Source of the DNA: a bacterium HR10 | Lineage (GTDB): Bacteria > Acidobacteriota > Blastocatellia > HR10 | NCBI GenBank assembly: GCA_002923315.1 | Contig: BEHM01000009.1 | Span: 6,571 to 70,570 of the forward strand | Length of the DNA stretch: 64,000 nt | Direction: 5' to 3' | Shown here: positions 18,212 to 26,978 of the stretch, in pieces | How the letters are laid out: each line of letters opens with the position of its first letter | Position numbering within the stretch: the stretch's first letter is position 1 | Position numbers and translations under genes: made by a program | Notes under the pieces: generated by a model | The model's input: only the letters and a program-made list of their open reading frames with translations | What the model was told of the DNA's origin: nothing | Database searches by the model: none

Positions 18212-19102
18212 TCAGACGGCGCTGATCATCGTTCCAGACCCCGCATCCGTGAAGATCTCTTGAAGCAGGGCGTTTCGCCGACAGCCGTTGATGATGTGCA
18301 CAGTCGTTTGTCCGCGCGCGAGCACGCGCCGGATCGCATCGGCTTTCGGGAGCATGCCTTCTGTGAGCCGTCCGCTGGCGAGCAGCTCCTCGAGCTGCGC
18401 GAGCGTCAGGCGTGAGAGCTTCGTCGTCGGATCGTCCCTCTTGAGGAAGATCCCGTCCACATCCGTCAGGAGGATGAGCTTCTCGGCTTCGAGCGCGAGG
18501 GCCAGCTCCGCCGCCAGGGTGTCGGCGTTGATGTTGAAGATGTTCCCTTGATCATCGGCGGCGAGGCAGCAGACGACCGGGAGATACCCGTTCTCCAAAA
18601 GGAGTTGCAGGAGTTGGCCGTTGACGGTCTCGATGTCGCCGACGTGACCGTAGTCGATCGTCTGCTCGCGCCCTGTGGCGGGATCCATCAGGCGTTGAGG
18701 CTGTCGGCGGCGGGCGCGGACGAGATAGCCATCGAAGCCTGTGAGTCCGACCGTGGGGAGTCCCGACCGATGCAGAGCGGCCGCCACTTCGGTGTTGATC
18801 TTCCCAGCGAAGATCATCTTCGCGATCTCCAGCGTCTCATCATCGGTGATGCGCCGTCCGAGAACGATCCGCTGTTCGACGCCCAAGCGTTGGGCCAGAT
18901 GCGTCACCTGATTCCCGCCGCCGTGCACGACGACGATCCGAATGCCCACTTGATGACAGAGAGCGATCTCCTCGGCCAGCGATTGCCGCGTCGCCGGATC
19001 CTCGGTGACCTTCCCGCTCAACTTCACGACGAAGGTCTTCCCTTTGAATTTCTGGATGTACGGGAGTGCTTCGCGCAGGAGCTCCAGGCGATCGTAGGTC
19101 AT
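18212..19102 (-). CDS. argB: acetylglutamate kinase
   Basis: Amino-acid kinase fold: 'KTFVVKLSG', 'VVVHGGGNQ', 'GHVGDIETVN', 'NINADTLAAELA'. Start ATG 19102 ('MTYDRLELL'). Confidence 0.9.
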   Translation of the reverse strand: MTYDRLELLREALPYIQKFKGKTFVVKLSGKVTEDPATRQSLAEEIALCHQVGIRIVVVHGGGNQVTHLAQRLGVEQRIVLGRRITDDETLEIAKMIFAGKINTEVAAALHRSGLPTVGLTGFDGYLVRARRRQPQRLMDPATGREQTIDYGHVGDIETVNGQLLQLLLENGYLPVVCCLAADDQGNIFNINADTLAAELALALEAEKLILLTDVDGIFLKRDDPTTKLSRLTLAQLEELLASGRLTEGMLPKADAIRRVLARGQTTVHIINGCRRNALLQEIFTDAGSGTMISAV

Positions 19103-19139
19103 CGTGCGTTCCTCTCCTTCCCCGCGCATCCTCGTCCTC

Positions 19140-20180
19140 TCAAAGAAGCATGGAGAGAAGGGCCTTCTGAACGTGGAGGCGATTCTCGGCCTGTTGGATC
19201 ACGAGGGAGCGCTCGCTGTCGAGAACGGCGTCGGTCACAACCACGTTCCGCCGCACGGGGAGGCAATGCATGAAATAGCCCTGGGCGGTCAGGCGCATCA
19301 GCGCCTCGTCCACGATCCACTCGCGATACCGCTCGCGCACTTTTCGTTCCTCCTCCCATCGCCCGTAGTAATGGCGACTGCCCCAGCTCTTGGCATAGAT
19401 GACCTCCGCGCCTCGGCACGCTTCGCGCCGGTCGTGAAGGACGCGCACGGAGGCACCGTTGCGGCGGGCGTGCTCGCGAATCCGCTCCATGAGCTCGGGA
19501 TCCAGCTCGTATTCGGGAGGGCACGCGATCGTCAGGTCCATCCCGAATTGCGCGGCGATCAAGGCGAACGAGTTCGGGACGGCCATCGGGAGGGGCTTCG
19601 GATGATACGCCCAGCAGAGGACCACGCGGCGCTGATCCACGAGCCCGAAGGTCTCTCGAATCGTCATCACATCGGCCATCGCTTGCAGCGGGTGGAACAT
19701 CGCCGATTCCATATTGATGATCGGCACGGTGCTGTAGCGGGCGAAGCTGCGGAGGACGGGATCGTGCCGCTCCTCCTCGAAGGAGCGCAGAGCGGGGAAG
19801 CTGCGCACGCCGATGGCCGCCACATATCGTGAGAGGACGCGCGCCGCCTCCTTGATGTGTTCGCTCCTGTCGCCATCCATGATGACGCCCTCGCGGTACT
19901 CGAGCGCCCAAGTCCCCTTCCCGACGTCGAGCACGACGGCCTGCCCGCCCAATTGCTGGATGGCGATCTCCATCGAGACGCGCGTGCGGAGCGAGGGGTC
20001 GAAGAAGAGGAGGGCGACGGATCGACCCTGCAGGGGGCGTCCGTGCCCGAGCGTCTTGTACTGGATCGCCAGATCGAGCACCTCGGATAACTCTTCTCGC
20101 GTGAAGTCCTCGGTAGTGAGGAAGCTCCGCCCTTTGAGCGTCGCGCGCGGCGTGGGTGCGTGTTTCGTCGAGATGGCCAT
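19140..20180 (-). CDS. argF': N-acyl-L-ornithine carbamoyltransferase (acetyl-/succinyl-ornithine transcarbamylase family), not a classical OTCase
   Basis: 'LLFFDPSLRTRVSME' (SxRTR), 'GVIMDGDRSEH', 'WAYHPKPLPMAVPNSF' and 'YFMHCLPVRRNVVVTD' closely match what I recall of the Xanthomonas AOTCase / Bacteroides SOTCase family. ATG 20180 has GAGGAG 8 nt upstream. Confidence 0.8.
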   Translation of the reverse strand: MAISTKHAPTPRATLKGRSFLTTEDFTREELSEVLDLAIQYKTLGHGRPLQGRSVALLFFDPSLRTRVSMEIAIQQLGGQAVVLDVGKGTWALEYREGVIMDGDRSEHIKEAARVLSRYVAAIGVRSFPALRSFEEERHDPVLRSFARYSTVPIINMESAMFHPLQAMADVMTIRETFGLVDQRRVVLCWAYHPKPLPMAVPNSFALIAAQFGMDLTIACPPEYELDPELMERIREHARRNGASVRVLHDRREACRGAEVIYAKSWGSRHYYGRWEEERKVRERYREWIVDEALMRLTAQGYFMHCLPVRRNVVVTDAVLDSERSLVIQQAENRLHVQKALLSMLL

Positions 20181-20191
20181 AGGTCGACTCC

Positions 20192-21241
20192 TCAGGGATG
20201 GCTTCCCGGCCATGTCAAGCCCGTCGTCTCCGCCCAGCCGAACATCACGTTCATATTCTGCACGGCCTGGCCGGCTGCGCCTTTGACCAGATTGTCAATG
20301 GCCGTGAAGACGATCGCTCTCGTCCCTTGCACAGCCCATCCGATGTCGCAGAAGTTCGTGTGTTTCACCCAGGTGATGTCCGGGGAGACGTTCGGTCCCA
20401 GCAGGCGGATGAAGAAATCCTCCGCATAGAATCGGCGAAAGAGGTCGCCGATCTCCTCGGCCGTCATCGGCCCTGCGAGCGTGAGATAGAGCGAAGCGAA
20501 GATCCCGCGCACGACCGGCGCCGAGTGCACTTGCAGAAGGAGGCGTTCGGACCAGCCGTCTGCTGAGAGGCGCGCGAGGGTCTCGGCGATCTCCGGCAGG
20601 TGCTGATGGACGAACGGCTTGTAGGCGAAGAAGCTGTTGGCCCGTCGCGGATGGTGCGTCGTCTCCAGGGGCTTGGCCCCAGCGCCCGAGGATCCGGTCT
20701 TGGCATCGGCGATCACCGGGCCGACCAAAAGCCGCGCGGCCACTAACGGCGCGAGCCCAAGGAGAATGGCCGTCGCGAAGCATCCCGGATTGGCCACGCG
20801 TGACGCCCGGGCGATCTCCGCGCGGTGCAGCTCCGTCAATCCGTACACGAATTGCTCGAACTGCTCCGGCGCGCGGTGTGGCTTCCCGTAGTATGTCTCG
20901 AAGGCCTCGCGATCCTTCAGCCGAAAATCGCCGGCCAGATCAATCACCTTCACATTGTTGGGGATGTGCGGGACCAGCTCCATGCTCCGCCCATGCGGCA
21001 GGGCGAGGAATATGCACTCAACTTCCTCGGCGAGCCGCCCGATGGATTCTGGCGTCGGCATGGGGAGCAACGGCAGCTCCGTCAGCCGACGGAGGTTGGG
21101 ATGGACGTCGGCGACCGATCGCCCCGCGTGTTCGTGAGCCGTCACCCAGGCGATCTCCACATGAGGATGGAAGAGGAGCAGTCGGAGCAGTTCACCGCCT
21201 CCGTAGCCGGATCCGCCGAGGATACCCACCCGAATCGTCAT
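20192..21241 (-). CDS. argC: N-acetyl-gamma-glutamyl-phosphate reductase
   Basis: 'IRVGILGGSGYGGGELLRLL' and active-site 'ANPGCFATA'. ATG 21241 overlaps the stop of the upstream gene (ATGA) and is preceded by GGAGGGG. Confidence 0.9.
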   Translation of the reverse strand: MTIRVGILGGSGYGGGELLRLLLFHPHVEIAWVTAHEHAGRSVADVHPNLRRLTELPLLPMPTPESIGRLAEEVECIFLALPHGRSMELVPHIPNNVKVIDLAGDFRLKDREAFETYYGKPHRAPEQFEQFVYGLTELHRAEIARASRVANPGCFATAILLGLAPLVAARLLVGPVIADAKTGSSGAGAKPLETTHHPRRANSFFAYKPFVHQHLPEIAETLARLSADGWSERLLLQVHSAPVVRGIFASLYLTLAGPMTAEEIGDLFRRFYAEDFFIRLLGPNVSPDITWVKHTNFCDIGWAVQGTRAIVFTAIDNLVKGAAGQAVQNMNVMFGWAETTGLTWPGSHP

Positions 21242-22398
21242 CGCCCCTCCGTGAGGTCGAACGCTCGTCCGGCACGAGACGTCGCGTCCCGAGCCGCGAG
21301 GACTTTCCTCTCCACAAGCCGGTAGAGTTTCTCGCCGTTCCTCAGGGCGTTGGCCGCCGGAATCCCCCATTCGCGCTCAATGAACTCGCGCCCCATGGCG
21401 CTATCGGTGACGGCGCCGGAGATGACGGTGATCGGCACGCCCTGGGCTTCGAGGAACCGTATCCCTCCCCATGCGCCGACGAAATCGCTCGCGCAGAAGA
21501 CCGTCGCCGCCGTGAACCGCATCAGCTCTGGATCCTCGAAGAGCACATGCACGTTATATCCGCCGATGATCCCGTCGCCCAGCTCCAGGACGATCACATC
21601 CGGCTCGACCGTGTTCAGCTCGGCGATGAGCGCCTTGGCGATCGCCGGGAGATGAGGAACGGAGACGGTCGAGGGATATCCGCAGTCGAGGAACGAGAGC
21701 GTTCGTACCGCTCCGTGATCCTCCATGTTCAGCGTATCCCGAAGGCAGGCGATGCCGGTGAGCTTGGCCGCGGCGACGCGGTATCCGGCGTGCGTGAAGT
21801 GCTTGATGAGCTGCGTGGCCGCGAACGTCTTCCCCGAATTCATGCACGTCCCCGCCACGAGGACCAATGGGCACGAGCGCTCCAGGTGCTCGCGAGGCGG
21901 GAGGGCGTTCTTCGCGATGTTCAAGATGGCGGGCGAGCACACGCCCTCTCCATCGGCGACCATGCCGAGCAGCTCGACCTCGATGGCGTCGCCGAGCTCG
22001 TTGTAATGATCCAGGCAGCGCCCGATCACTCCCCCCAGGTTCAGAATATGCAGTCGGTCTCCCGGGGCGAGCGTCGGGGGGACGTCGCCCACGAAACCTT
22101 TGAGCGCGCGCCGCTGGCCGAGGACGCCGACGATCACGTCATGGCGATTGATCTTGCACAACCGCCCGGTGGGGAGCTCCAGATGATTATAGGCGGCGTT
22201 CTCGGTGAGGACCCGCACGACAACCACATTGCCGATGCGCGCCTCGCATCGCCTCGTCACCGGGACCACGTGCGGGAGTCGCAGATTCACCGTCGCCGAT
22301 CCGATTTTATCCACCCGCATGAGTCGAATCGCCGACGCCTCCGAATCTTCGGGAGCGTGTCCGCAGGCTGTCTCCATCGTGCGCTCTCTCTCGTTCAC
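21238..22398 (-). CDS. uncharacterised P-loop (BioD/CobQ-like GTxxxxGKT) protein embedded in the arg operon ('gene X')
   Basis: The ORF runs to 22452, but GTG 22398 sits 9 nt after AGGAGG; alternatives are ATG 22377 and 22320. About 170-aa beta-rich N-domain, then 'PLVLVAGTCMNSGKTFAATQLIKHF', 'AKLTGIACLRD' and 'VLELGDGIIGGYN'. High GC3. Its stop overlaps the argC start. Confidence 0.7.
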   Translation of the reverse strand: MNERERTMETACGHAPEDSEASAIRLMRVDKIGSATVNLRLPHVVPVTRRCEARIGNVVVVRVLTENAAYNHLELPTGRLCKINRHDVIVGVLGQRRALKGFVGDVPPTLAPGDRLHILNLGGVIGRCLDHYNELGDAIEVELLGMVADGEGVCSPAILNIAKNALPPREHLERSCPLVLVAGTCMNSGKTFAATQLIKHFTHAGYRVAAAKLTGIACLRDTLNMEDHGAVRTLSFLDCGYPSTVSVPHLPAIAKALIAELNTVEPDVIVLELGDGIIGGYNVHVLFEDPELMRFTAATVFCASDFVGAWGGIRFLEAQGVPITVISGAVTDSAMGREFIEREWGIPAANALRNGEKLYRLVERKVLAARDATSRAGRAFDLTEGR

Positions 22399-22411
22399 GC
22401 GTCCAGTCCTC

Positions 22412-23638
22412 CTATCGCGAGATGATGGCTTCGGCCGCCTCGCGCATCCCATGAAGCCGGAGTCGCAGGGCGTTCAATCGGATGAAGCCCGCCGCATCCC
22501 GCTGGTCATAGACCTCATCAGCTTCGAACGTAGCGTACTCCGGCCGATACAGCGAGCACGGCGATTTGCGTCCGAGGATGATGACGTTCCCCTTGTACAG
22601 CCGCAAGCGGACCGTCCCCGTCACGTTCTTCTGCGTGTGATCAATGAACGCTTTCAGCGCTTGAAATTCCGGCGAGTACCAGAAGCCGTAGTAGATCAGC
22701 TCGGCGATCTTCGGCAGGAGCGCATCGCGGAGTCGGCCGAGTTCGCGATCGAGCGTGATGGACTCCAGCGCGCGATGCGCGACGTGCAGGATCGTGCCCC
22801 CGGGCGTCTCATACACCCCTCGCGACTTCATGCCGACGAAGCGGTTCTCCACCATGTCCACGCGCCCGACGCCATTCTCTCCGCCAATGGCGTTGAGCGT
22901 CTCCAGAAGCGCCACGGGATTCAAATATTCTCCGTTGACGGCGACGGGCACGCCCTCCTCAAAGGTGATCTCGATCGTCGTCGGCCGATCGGGCGCTCGT
23001 TCTGGGGAGACCGTCAGCAGGAACATGTCCTCCGGCGGCTCGCGCCAGGGGTCCTCCAGAATCCCCCCCTCGTAACTGACGTGCAGGAGATTGCGATCAA
23101 TCGAATACGGCTTCTCCCGGGTCGCGCTCACGGGGATGCCATGTCGCGCCGCATATTCGATCAGGTCGGTGCGCGATCGGAACTCCCACTCGCGCCAGGG
23201 GGCGATCACGCGGATGTCCGGGTCGAGGGCATAGTAGGTCAGCTCGAACCGCACCTGATCGTTCCCTTTCCCCGTCGCCCCATGCGCGACAGCGTCTGCT
23301 CCCTCCTGCCGTGCGATCTCGATCTGCCGCTTCGCGATGAGCGGTCGCGCTAGGCTCGTCCCCAGCAGATAGAAGCCCTCATAGACGGCATTGGCCTTGA
23401 TGGCCGTGAAGACGAAGTCGCGCACGAACTCCTCGCGCAGGTCCTCGATATAACATCGGCTCGCGCCCGTGGCGAGGGCCTTCTCCTCGAGGCCTTTCAG
23501 TTCATCCCCCTGGCCGATGTCAGCCGTGAAGGTGATGACCTCGCATCCGTAGCGGTCCTTGATCCATTTGAGCATCACTGACGTGTCGAGCCCTCCCGAA
23601 TAGGCGAGCACGACCTTTCGAATCGTCGCGTCCGTCAT
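22412..23638 (-). CDS. argG: argininosuccinate synthase
   Basis: PP-loop '[12 protein letters not shown]' and '[14 protein letters not shown]'. ATG 23638 lies 8 nt after GGAGGA; the alternative ATG 23647 is the track start. Confidence 0.92.
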   Translation of the reverse strand: MTDATIRKVVLAYSGGLDTSVMLKWIKDRYGCEVITFTADIGQGDELKGLEEKALATGASRCYIEDLREEFVRDFVFTAIKANAVYEGFYLLGTSLARPLIAKRQIEIARQEGADAVAHGATGKGNDQVRFELTYYALDPDIRVIAPWREWEFRSRTDLIEYAARHGIPVSATREKPYSIDRNLLHVSYEGGILEDPWREPPEDMFLLTVSPERAPDRPTTIEITFEEGVPVAVNGEYLNPVALLETLNAIGGENGVGRVDMVENRFVGMKSRGVYETPGGTILHVAHRALESITLDRELGRLRDALLPKIAELIYYGFWYSPEFQALKAFIDHTQKNVTGTVRLRLYKGNVIILGRKSPCSLYRPEYATFEADEVYDQRDAAGFIRLNALRLRLHGMREAAEAIISR

Positions 23639-23680
23639 ATGCCCCATCCTCCCATGTTCTCAATGACCGAGAGCGGCATC

Positions 23681-24121
23681 TTATGCGCTCCGGGACGGTC
23701 GCAAGGTGAAGAGCTGACTGATGCGCGCGATCGCTTTGCGTTGCGCTTCGCGGTCCCTCACGGCGATGAAGACCGTGTCATCGCCGGCAACCGTCCCCAC
23801 GATCTCCGGGAAGTTCGCATGGTCAATCTTCAGAGCGACGGGGGAAGCCTGGCCCGGTTCGGTCTTCACCACGATGAGGTGATCTCCGGCCGTATCGAGA
23901 TCGAGGATCTCCAGAACGCCGGCGATCGGATGCACAAGACGCGGCAGGGTGTAGTAGCCGTTGATCTTGACCGCCCCGAGCCGCGCCAGATCGCGCGAGA
24001 CCGAGGATTGCGTGGCGCGGATCCCCCGCCGACGCAACTCCTCGACCAGCTCGGCTTGCGTCCGAAACCGTTTGGTCCGAATCAGCTCGAGCACCTTCTG
24101 TTGGCGCGTTCGCTTCCGCAT
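23681..24121 (-). CDS. argR: arginine repressor
   Basis: From ATG 24121: 'MRKRTRQQKVLELIRTKRFRTQAELVEELRRRGIRATQSSVSRDLARLGAVKI' (winged helix) and C-terminal 'IVGTVAGDDTVFIAV' (arginine-binding GTxAGDDT). About 146 aa, as expected. The 99-codon upstream extension in the track looks spurious. Confidence 0.88.
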   Translation of the reverse strand: MRKRTRQQKVLELIRTKRFRTQAELVEELRRRGIRATQSSVSRDLARLGAVKINGYYTLPRLVHPIAGVLEILDLDTAGDHLIVVKTEPGQASPVALKIDHANFPEIVGTVAGDDTVFIAVRDREAQRKAIARISQLFTLRPSRSA

Positions 24122-24170
24122 AATATGCAAAATTTCTGCATTCTTCGAAAATGGCTGCATATTTATAGGC
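24122..24170. promoter_or_regulatory. AT-rich island with ATGCA-N7-TGCAT imperfect palindrome and repeated TGCAT half-sites; candidate ArgR operator/promoter region
   Basis: 'aatATGCAaaatttcTGCATtcttcgaaaatggcTGCATatttatagg' abuts the argR start. On the minus strand TATAAAT is a -10 candidate. TGnAT/ATnCA are the ARG-box half-site consensus. Confidence 0.4.
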
Positions 24171-24332
24171 GATCTCTCCTCGCTTGTCAATCCCCTCGCC
24201 GGACGTTGAGCCGTTCTTCGACCCGGGGGAGCGAGGCCATGGCCACAGCAGAATGGAGGGATGGTCTCGAACGGACTTGTCAGAGGTGGGGATTCCTGGT
24301 ACGCTGAAGCATTCTCGACGTGGAGGAGAAGC

Positions 24333-26081
24333 ATGGGGAGAAAACGACAGGACCTCGCTATCACGCTCATCGAGCTTCCGGCGACTGTGGATGGGACGCT
24401 TGATGGAAAATTGGCCAAGGACGTCTATTCGCTCCTCGATTATCCGGCCCGAGGCATCCCTCTGCTCACGGCGATCCTGAAGAAGGCTGGATATACGGAC
24501 ACGGTGGCCATCAATCCCAAGTACAATCGTCGGACCCGAGGGCATTTGGATCGCGGGGATTGGGCGCGGCTGCTCTCGTCGGATGTCGTCGGCATCTCGG
24601 CCATCACGCGGACGGCGCCGCAATCGCTGGAGTTGGCGCGGCGGTTGAAGGAGGCGAATCCGCGCATCCGGGTCGTCTTCGGGGGGCCGCATCCCACGGC
24701 CCTGCCCGAAGAGGCGCTGCAGGTCGCGGACGTCGTCGTCCGGCATGAAGGGGATCACACGTTCCCGGAGCTGCTCGACCGATTCCGGGAAGATCTCGAG
24801 CGCCCTTTTCTGGACGATGTCTTGGGCATTGCGTATCGAACGTCCGAGGGAGAGATCCGGCTGACGCCGAATCGGCCCTTTCTGACCTCGGAGCAGCTCT
24901 CGGCTCTTCCGTTCCCCGAGTATACGGAGGGCGAGCGGCGCGGCGTCACGCATCTGGTGGTGAACACCTCGCGCGGATGTCCGTTCGAGTGCGAATATTG
25001 TTCGGTGATTGATAATTTCGGGCGTCAGTTCCGGTTCCTGGATGATGACACGACGATCGCGCTGATCCGGCACACGCTCGGCGTGAAGCGATGTCCGATC
25101 TTCTTCGGCGATGACATCTTCAATGCGAATCGGGCGCGGGTGAAGCGCATCCTGGAGCGCCTCTTGCGCGAGGGGATTCGGATCCCGCGGTGGTTCGCTC
25201 AGGTACGGGTGGAGGCGGCCAACGATCCGGAGCTGCTGCGCCTGATGGCGCGAACCGGATGCGCCTGCGTCTTCATCGGGCTCGAATCGGTCAACGATGA
25301 GACGTTGCGGCTCTATCACAAGCATTCGACCCTGGAGAAGAATCGCGCGGCGATCGAGGCCTTCCATCGGGTGGGGATCCGCGTGCATGGGATGTTCGTG
25401 CTCGGCTCGGACGCTGACACGGTCGAGACGATCGAACAGACGTTCCGCTTCGCGAAAACGATGAATCTGGATACGGCGCAATTCTTCGCGTTGACGCCGG
25501 TCCCGGGGCCGCCGCTCACGGCTCGCTATGCGCGGGAGGGGAAGATCATCGCGCCCGGACAATGGCACCTCTACGATGCGCAGCATGCCGTCATCTGGCC
25601 GGCGAAGATGACGCCCTATGAGCTGCAGATGGGGACGATCCGCGCATCGCTCGATTTCTATTCCTATCGCGAGGCGTGGCGGCATTGGCGAGAGGGACGC
25701 GGCCTGTTCAACGCCATGATCCGGATCAAGGGACGGAGATTGGCTCGGCAGATCATTCGGGACAGTGCCCCGTATCTGGCGGCGCTCCGGCAGTTGGATG
25801 TGTGGTGGAAGCACCTGGAGCGGGAGCGCGCAGCGTGGAGCGAGCGCGTGAGGCGTCTGGCCGAGGACCATGGGGTGCGACTGGAGGAGAAGCGCGCGCG
25901 AATGCGAGACCTCGTGGACGACATCTGCGCACAGATCCGCGCCAGTGCCGAATCCCTCGCTGCGGAATTTCGTCCGTATATCCAGCAGCTCGCGGATCGG
26001 CTCTCGGCGGCGCTTCAGCGAGAATTTGAGGAGCTCGTGGGGATCCAGAGCGCGTCCTCACCCACTGTGGCGGTCGGATGA
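24333..26081 (+). CDS. B12-binding-domain radical SAM protein (class B) with a roughly 130-aa C-terminal helical/coiled-coil extension
   Basis: ATG 24333 follows GGAGGAGAAGC. Cobalamin-binding Rossmann 'DVVGISAITRTAPQSLELARRLKEANPRIRVVFGGPHPT' and radical SAM cluster motif 'NTSRGCPFECEYCS'. The tail 'WWKHLERERAAWSERVRRLAEDHGVRLEEKRARMRDLVDD...' is strongly helical. Confidence 0.8.
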   Translation: MGRKRQDLAITLIELPATVDGTLDGKLAKDVYSLLDYPARGIPLLTAILKKAGYTDTVAINPKYNRRTRGHLDRGDWARLLSSDVVGISAITRTAPQSLELARRLKEANPRIRVVFGGPHPTALPEEALQVADVVVRHEGDHTFPELLDRFREDLERPFLDDVLGIAYRTSEGEIRLTPNRPFLTSEQLSALPFPEYTEGERRGVTHLVVNTSRGCPFECEYCSVIDNFGRQFRFLDDDTTIALIRHTLGVKRCPIFFGDDIFNANRARVKRILERLLREGIRIPRWFAQVRVEAANDPELLRLMARTGCACVFIGLESVNDETLRLYHKHSTLEKNRAAIEAFHRVGIRVHGMFVLGSDADTVETIEQTFRFAKTMNLDTAQFFALTPVPGPPLTARYAREGKIIAPGQWHLYDAQHAVIWPAKMTPYELQMGTIRASLDFYSYREAWRHWREGRGLFNAMIRIKGRRLARQIIRDSAPYLAALRQLDVWWKHLERERAAWSERVRRLAEDHGVRLEEKRARMRDLVDDICAQIRASAESLAAEFRPYIQQLADRLSAALQREFEELVGIQSASSPTVAVG

Positions 26082-26093
26082 CCCCCGTGGGAA

Positions 26094-26978
26094 TCAGGGG
26101 AGGAACTGCCGGATGTGCGGATCGCGCGCGTTCCAGAAGAGCTCGTCCGCTCCGTCGAAGATCACGCGTCCCTCGGCGAGCATGAGGATCTTCGTATTGA
26201 TCAGGCAGAATTGATCGCCTTCGCGGCGGAAGAGGAGTCGGCCATCAGTCGTCCGCTCGTAGAAGTGGGAAGCCAGGTATCGGACCTCGTCCATATTCTG
26301 CGTGATCCACATCGAGGTGACCCCGTGAAGATCGCGCAGGCGCATGGCGAGTCGGCTGATGCGCCGACCGATCACGGGGTCTAAACCCGAGAGGGGGGAA
26401 TCGTAGAGGATGATCTCCGGGTCGCCCACGAGCGCGCGGGCGATGGCCGTGCGCCGACTCATTCCTCCGGAGAGCTCGCTGGGCATCATCCCGTAGGCGT
26501 GTTCCAAACCCACCAGGCGCAGCGTCCGTCGCACGTCGTCTTCCACGTCTTCGAGCGCGTATCCTTGTTCGAGGAGGCGATAGGCGACGTTCTCAGCTAC
26601 TGTCAATGAGGTGAAGAGGGCGTCTTCCTGAAAGACGACGCCGATCCGTTGCCGGAGCTGCAAGATCTCCTCTTCGGTCATGGCGGTGATCTCTTGACCG
26701 TTCAGGAAGATCTGTCCTTCATCGGGGCGCAGCAGCCCGATCGTCAGGCGGAGGATCGTGGATTTCCCGGAGCCCGTTGGTCCCAGGATGATGCGCATCT
26801 CGCCCTTGTAGACTTTGAAGCTGATGCGGTCCAGGACGCGTCGCGGCGGATCATCGAAGGAGATGGAGACTTCTCGGAATTCGATGACGGGACGATCCGC
26901 GAGAGGGGATGGGGGGCCTGCCGAGCCGGTGTCCTGCGTAGCGATGTCGTGGCGACCGAGAAAGAGCGACCGCATCAT
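26094..26978 (-). CDS. MlaF-like ABC transporter ATP-binding protein, degenerate (Walker B Glu to Ser, H-loop His to Gln)
   Basis: Walker A 'GPTGSGKST', Q-loop 'VVFQEDALF', signature 'LSGGMSRR'. Walker B reads 'IILYDSPLSGLD' (D-S, not D-E) and the H-loop region reads 'SMWITQNMDEV'. Its start overlaps the stop of the upstream ATPase (ATGATG/TGA at 26973-26978). Confidence 0.85.
   Translation of the reverse strand: MMRSLFLGRHDIATQDTGSAGPPSPLADRPVIEFREVSISFDDPPRRVLDRISFKVYKGEMRIILGPTGSGKSTILRLTIGLLRPDEGQIFLNGQEITAMTEEEILQLRQRIGVVFQEDALFTSLTVAENVAYRLLEQGYALEDVEDDVRRTLRLVGLEHAYGMMPSELSGGMSRRTAIARALVGDPEIILYDSPLSGLDPVIGRRISRLAMRLRDLHGVTSMWITQNMDEVRYLASHFYERTTDGRLLFRREGDQFCLINTKILMLAEGRVIFDGADELFWNARDPHIRQFLP

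Noticed and set aside
23681-24418. N-terminally extended ORF versions in the track. Examples: argR 245 aa, ETF-QO from 12844, argC from 21370, S9 peptidase from 59332, ilvB from 36370, GH127 from 9089 and 28705-29901.
   Set aside because: The extensions are Arg/Pro-rich, overlap upstream genes or promoters, and lack an RBS. Internal starts with good Shine-Dalgarno spacing give N-termini matching the respective families or clean signal peptides.
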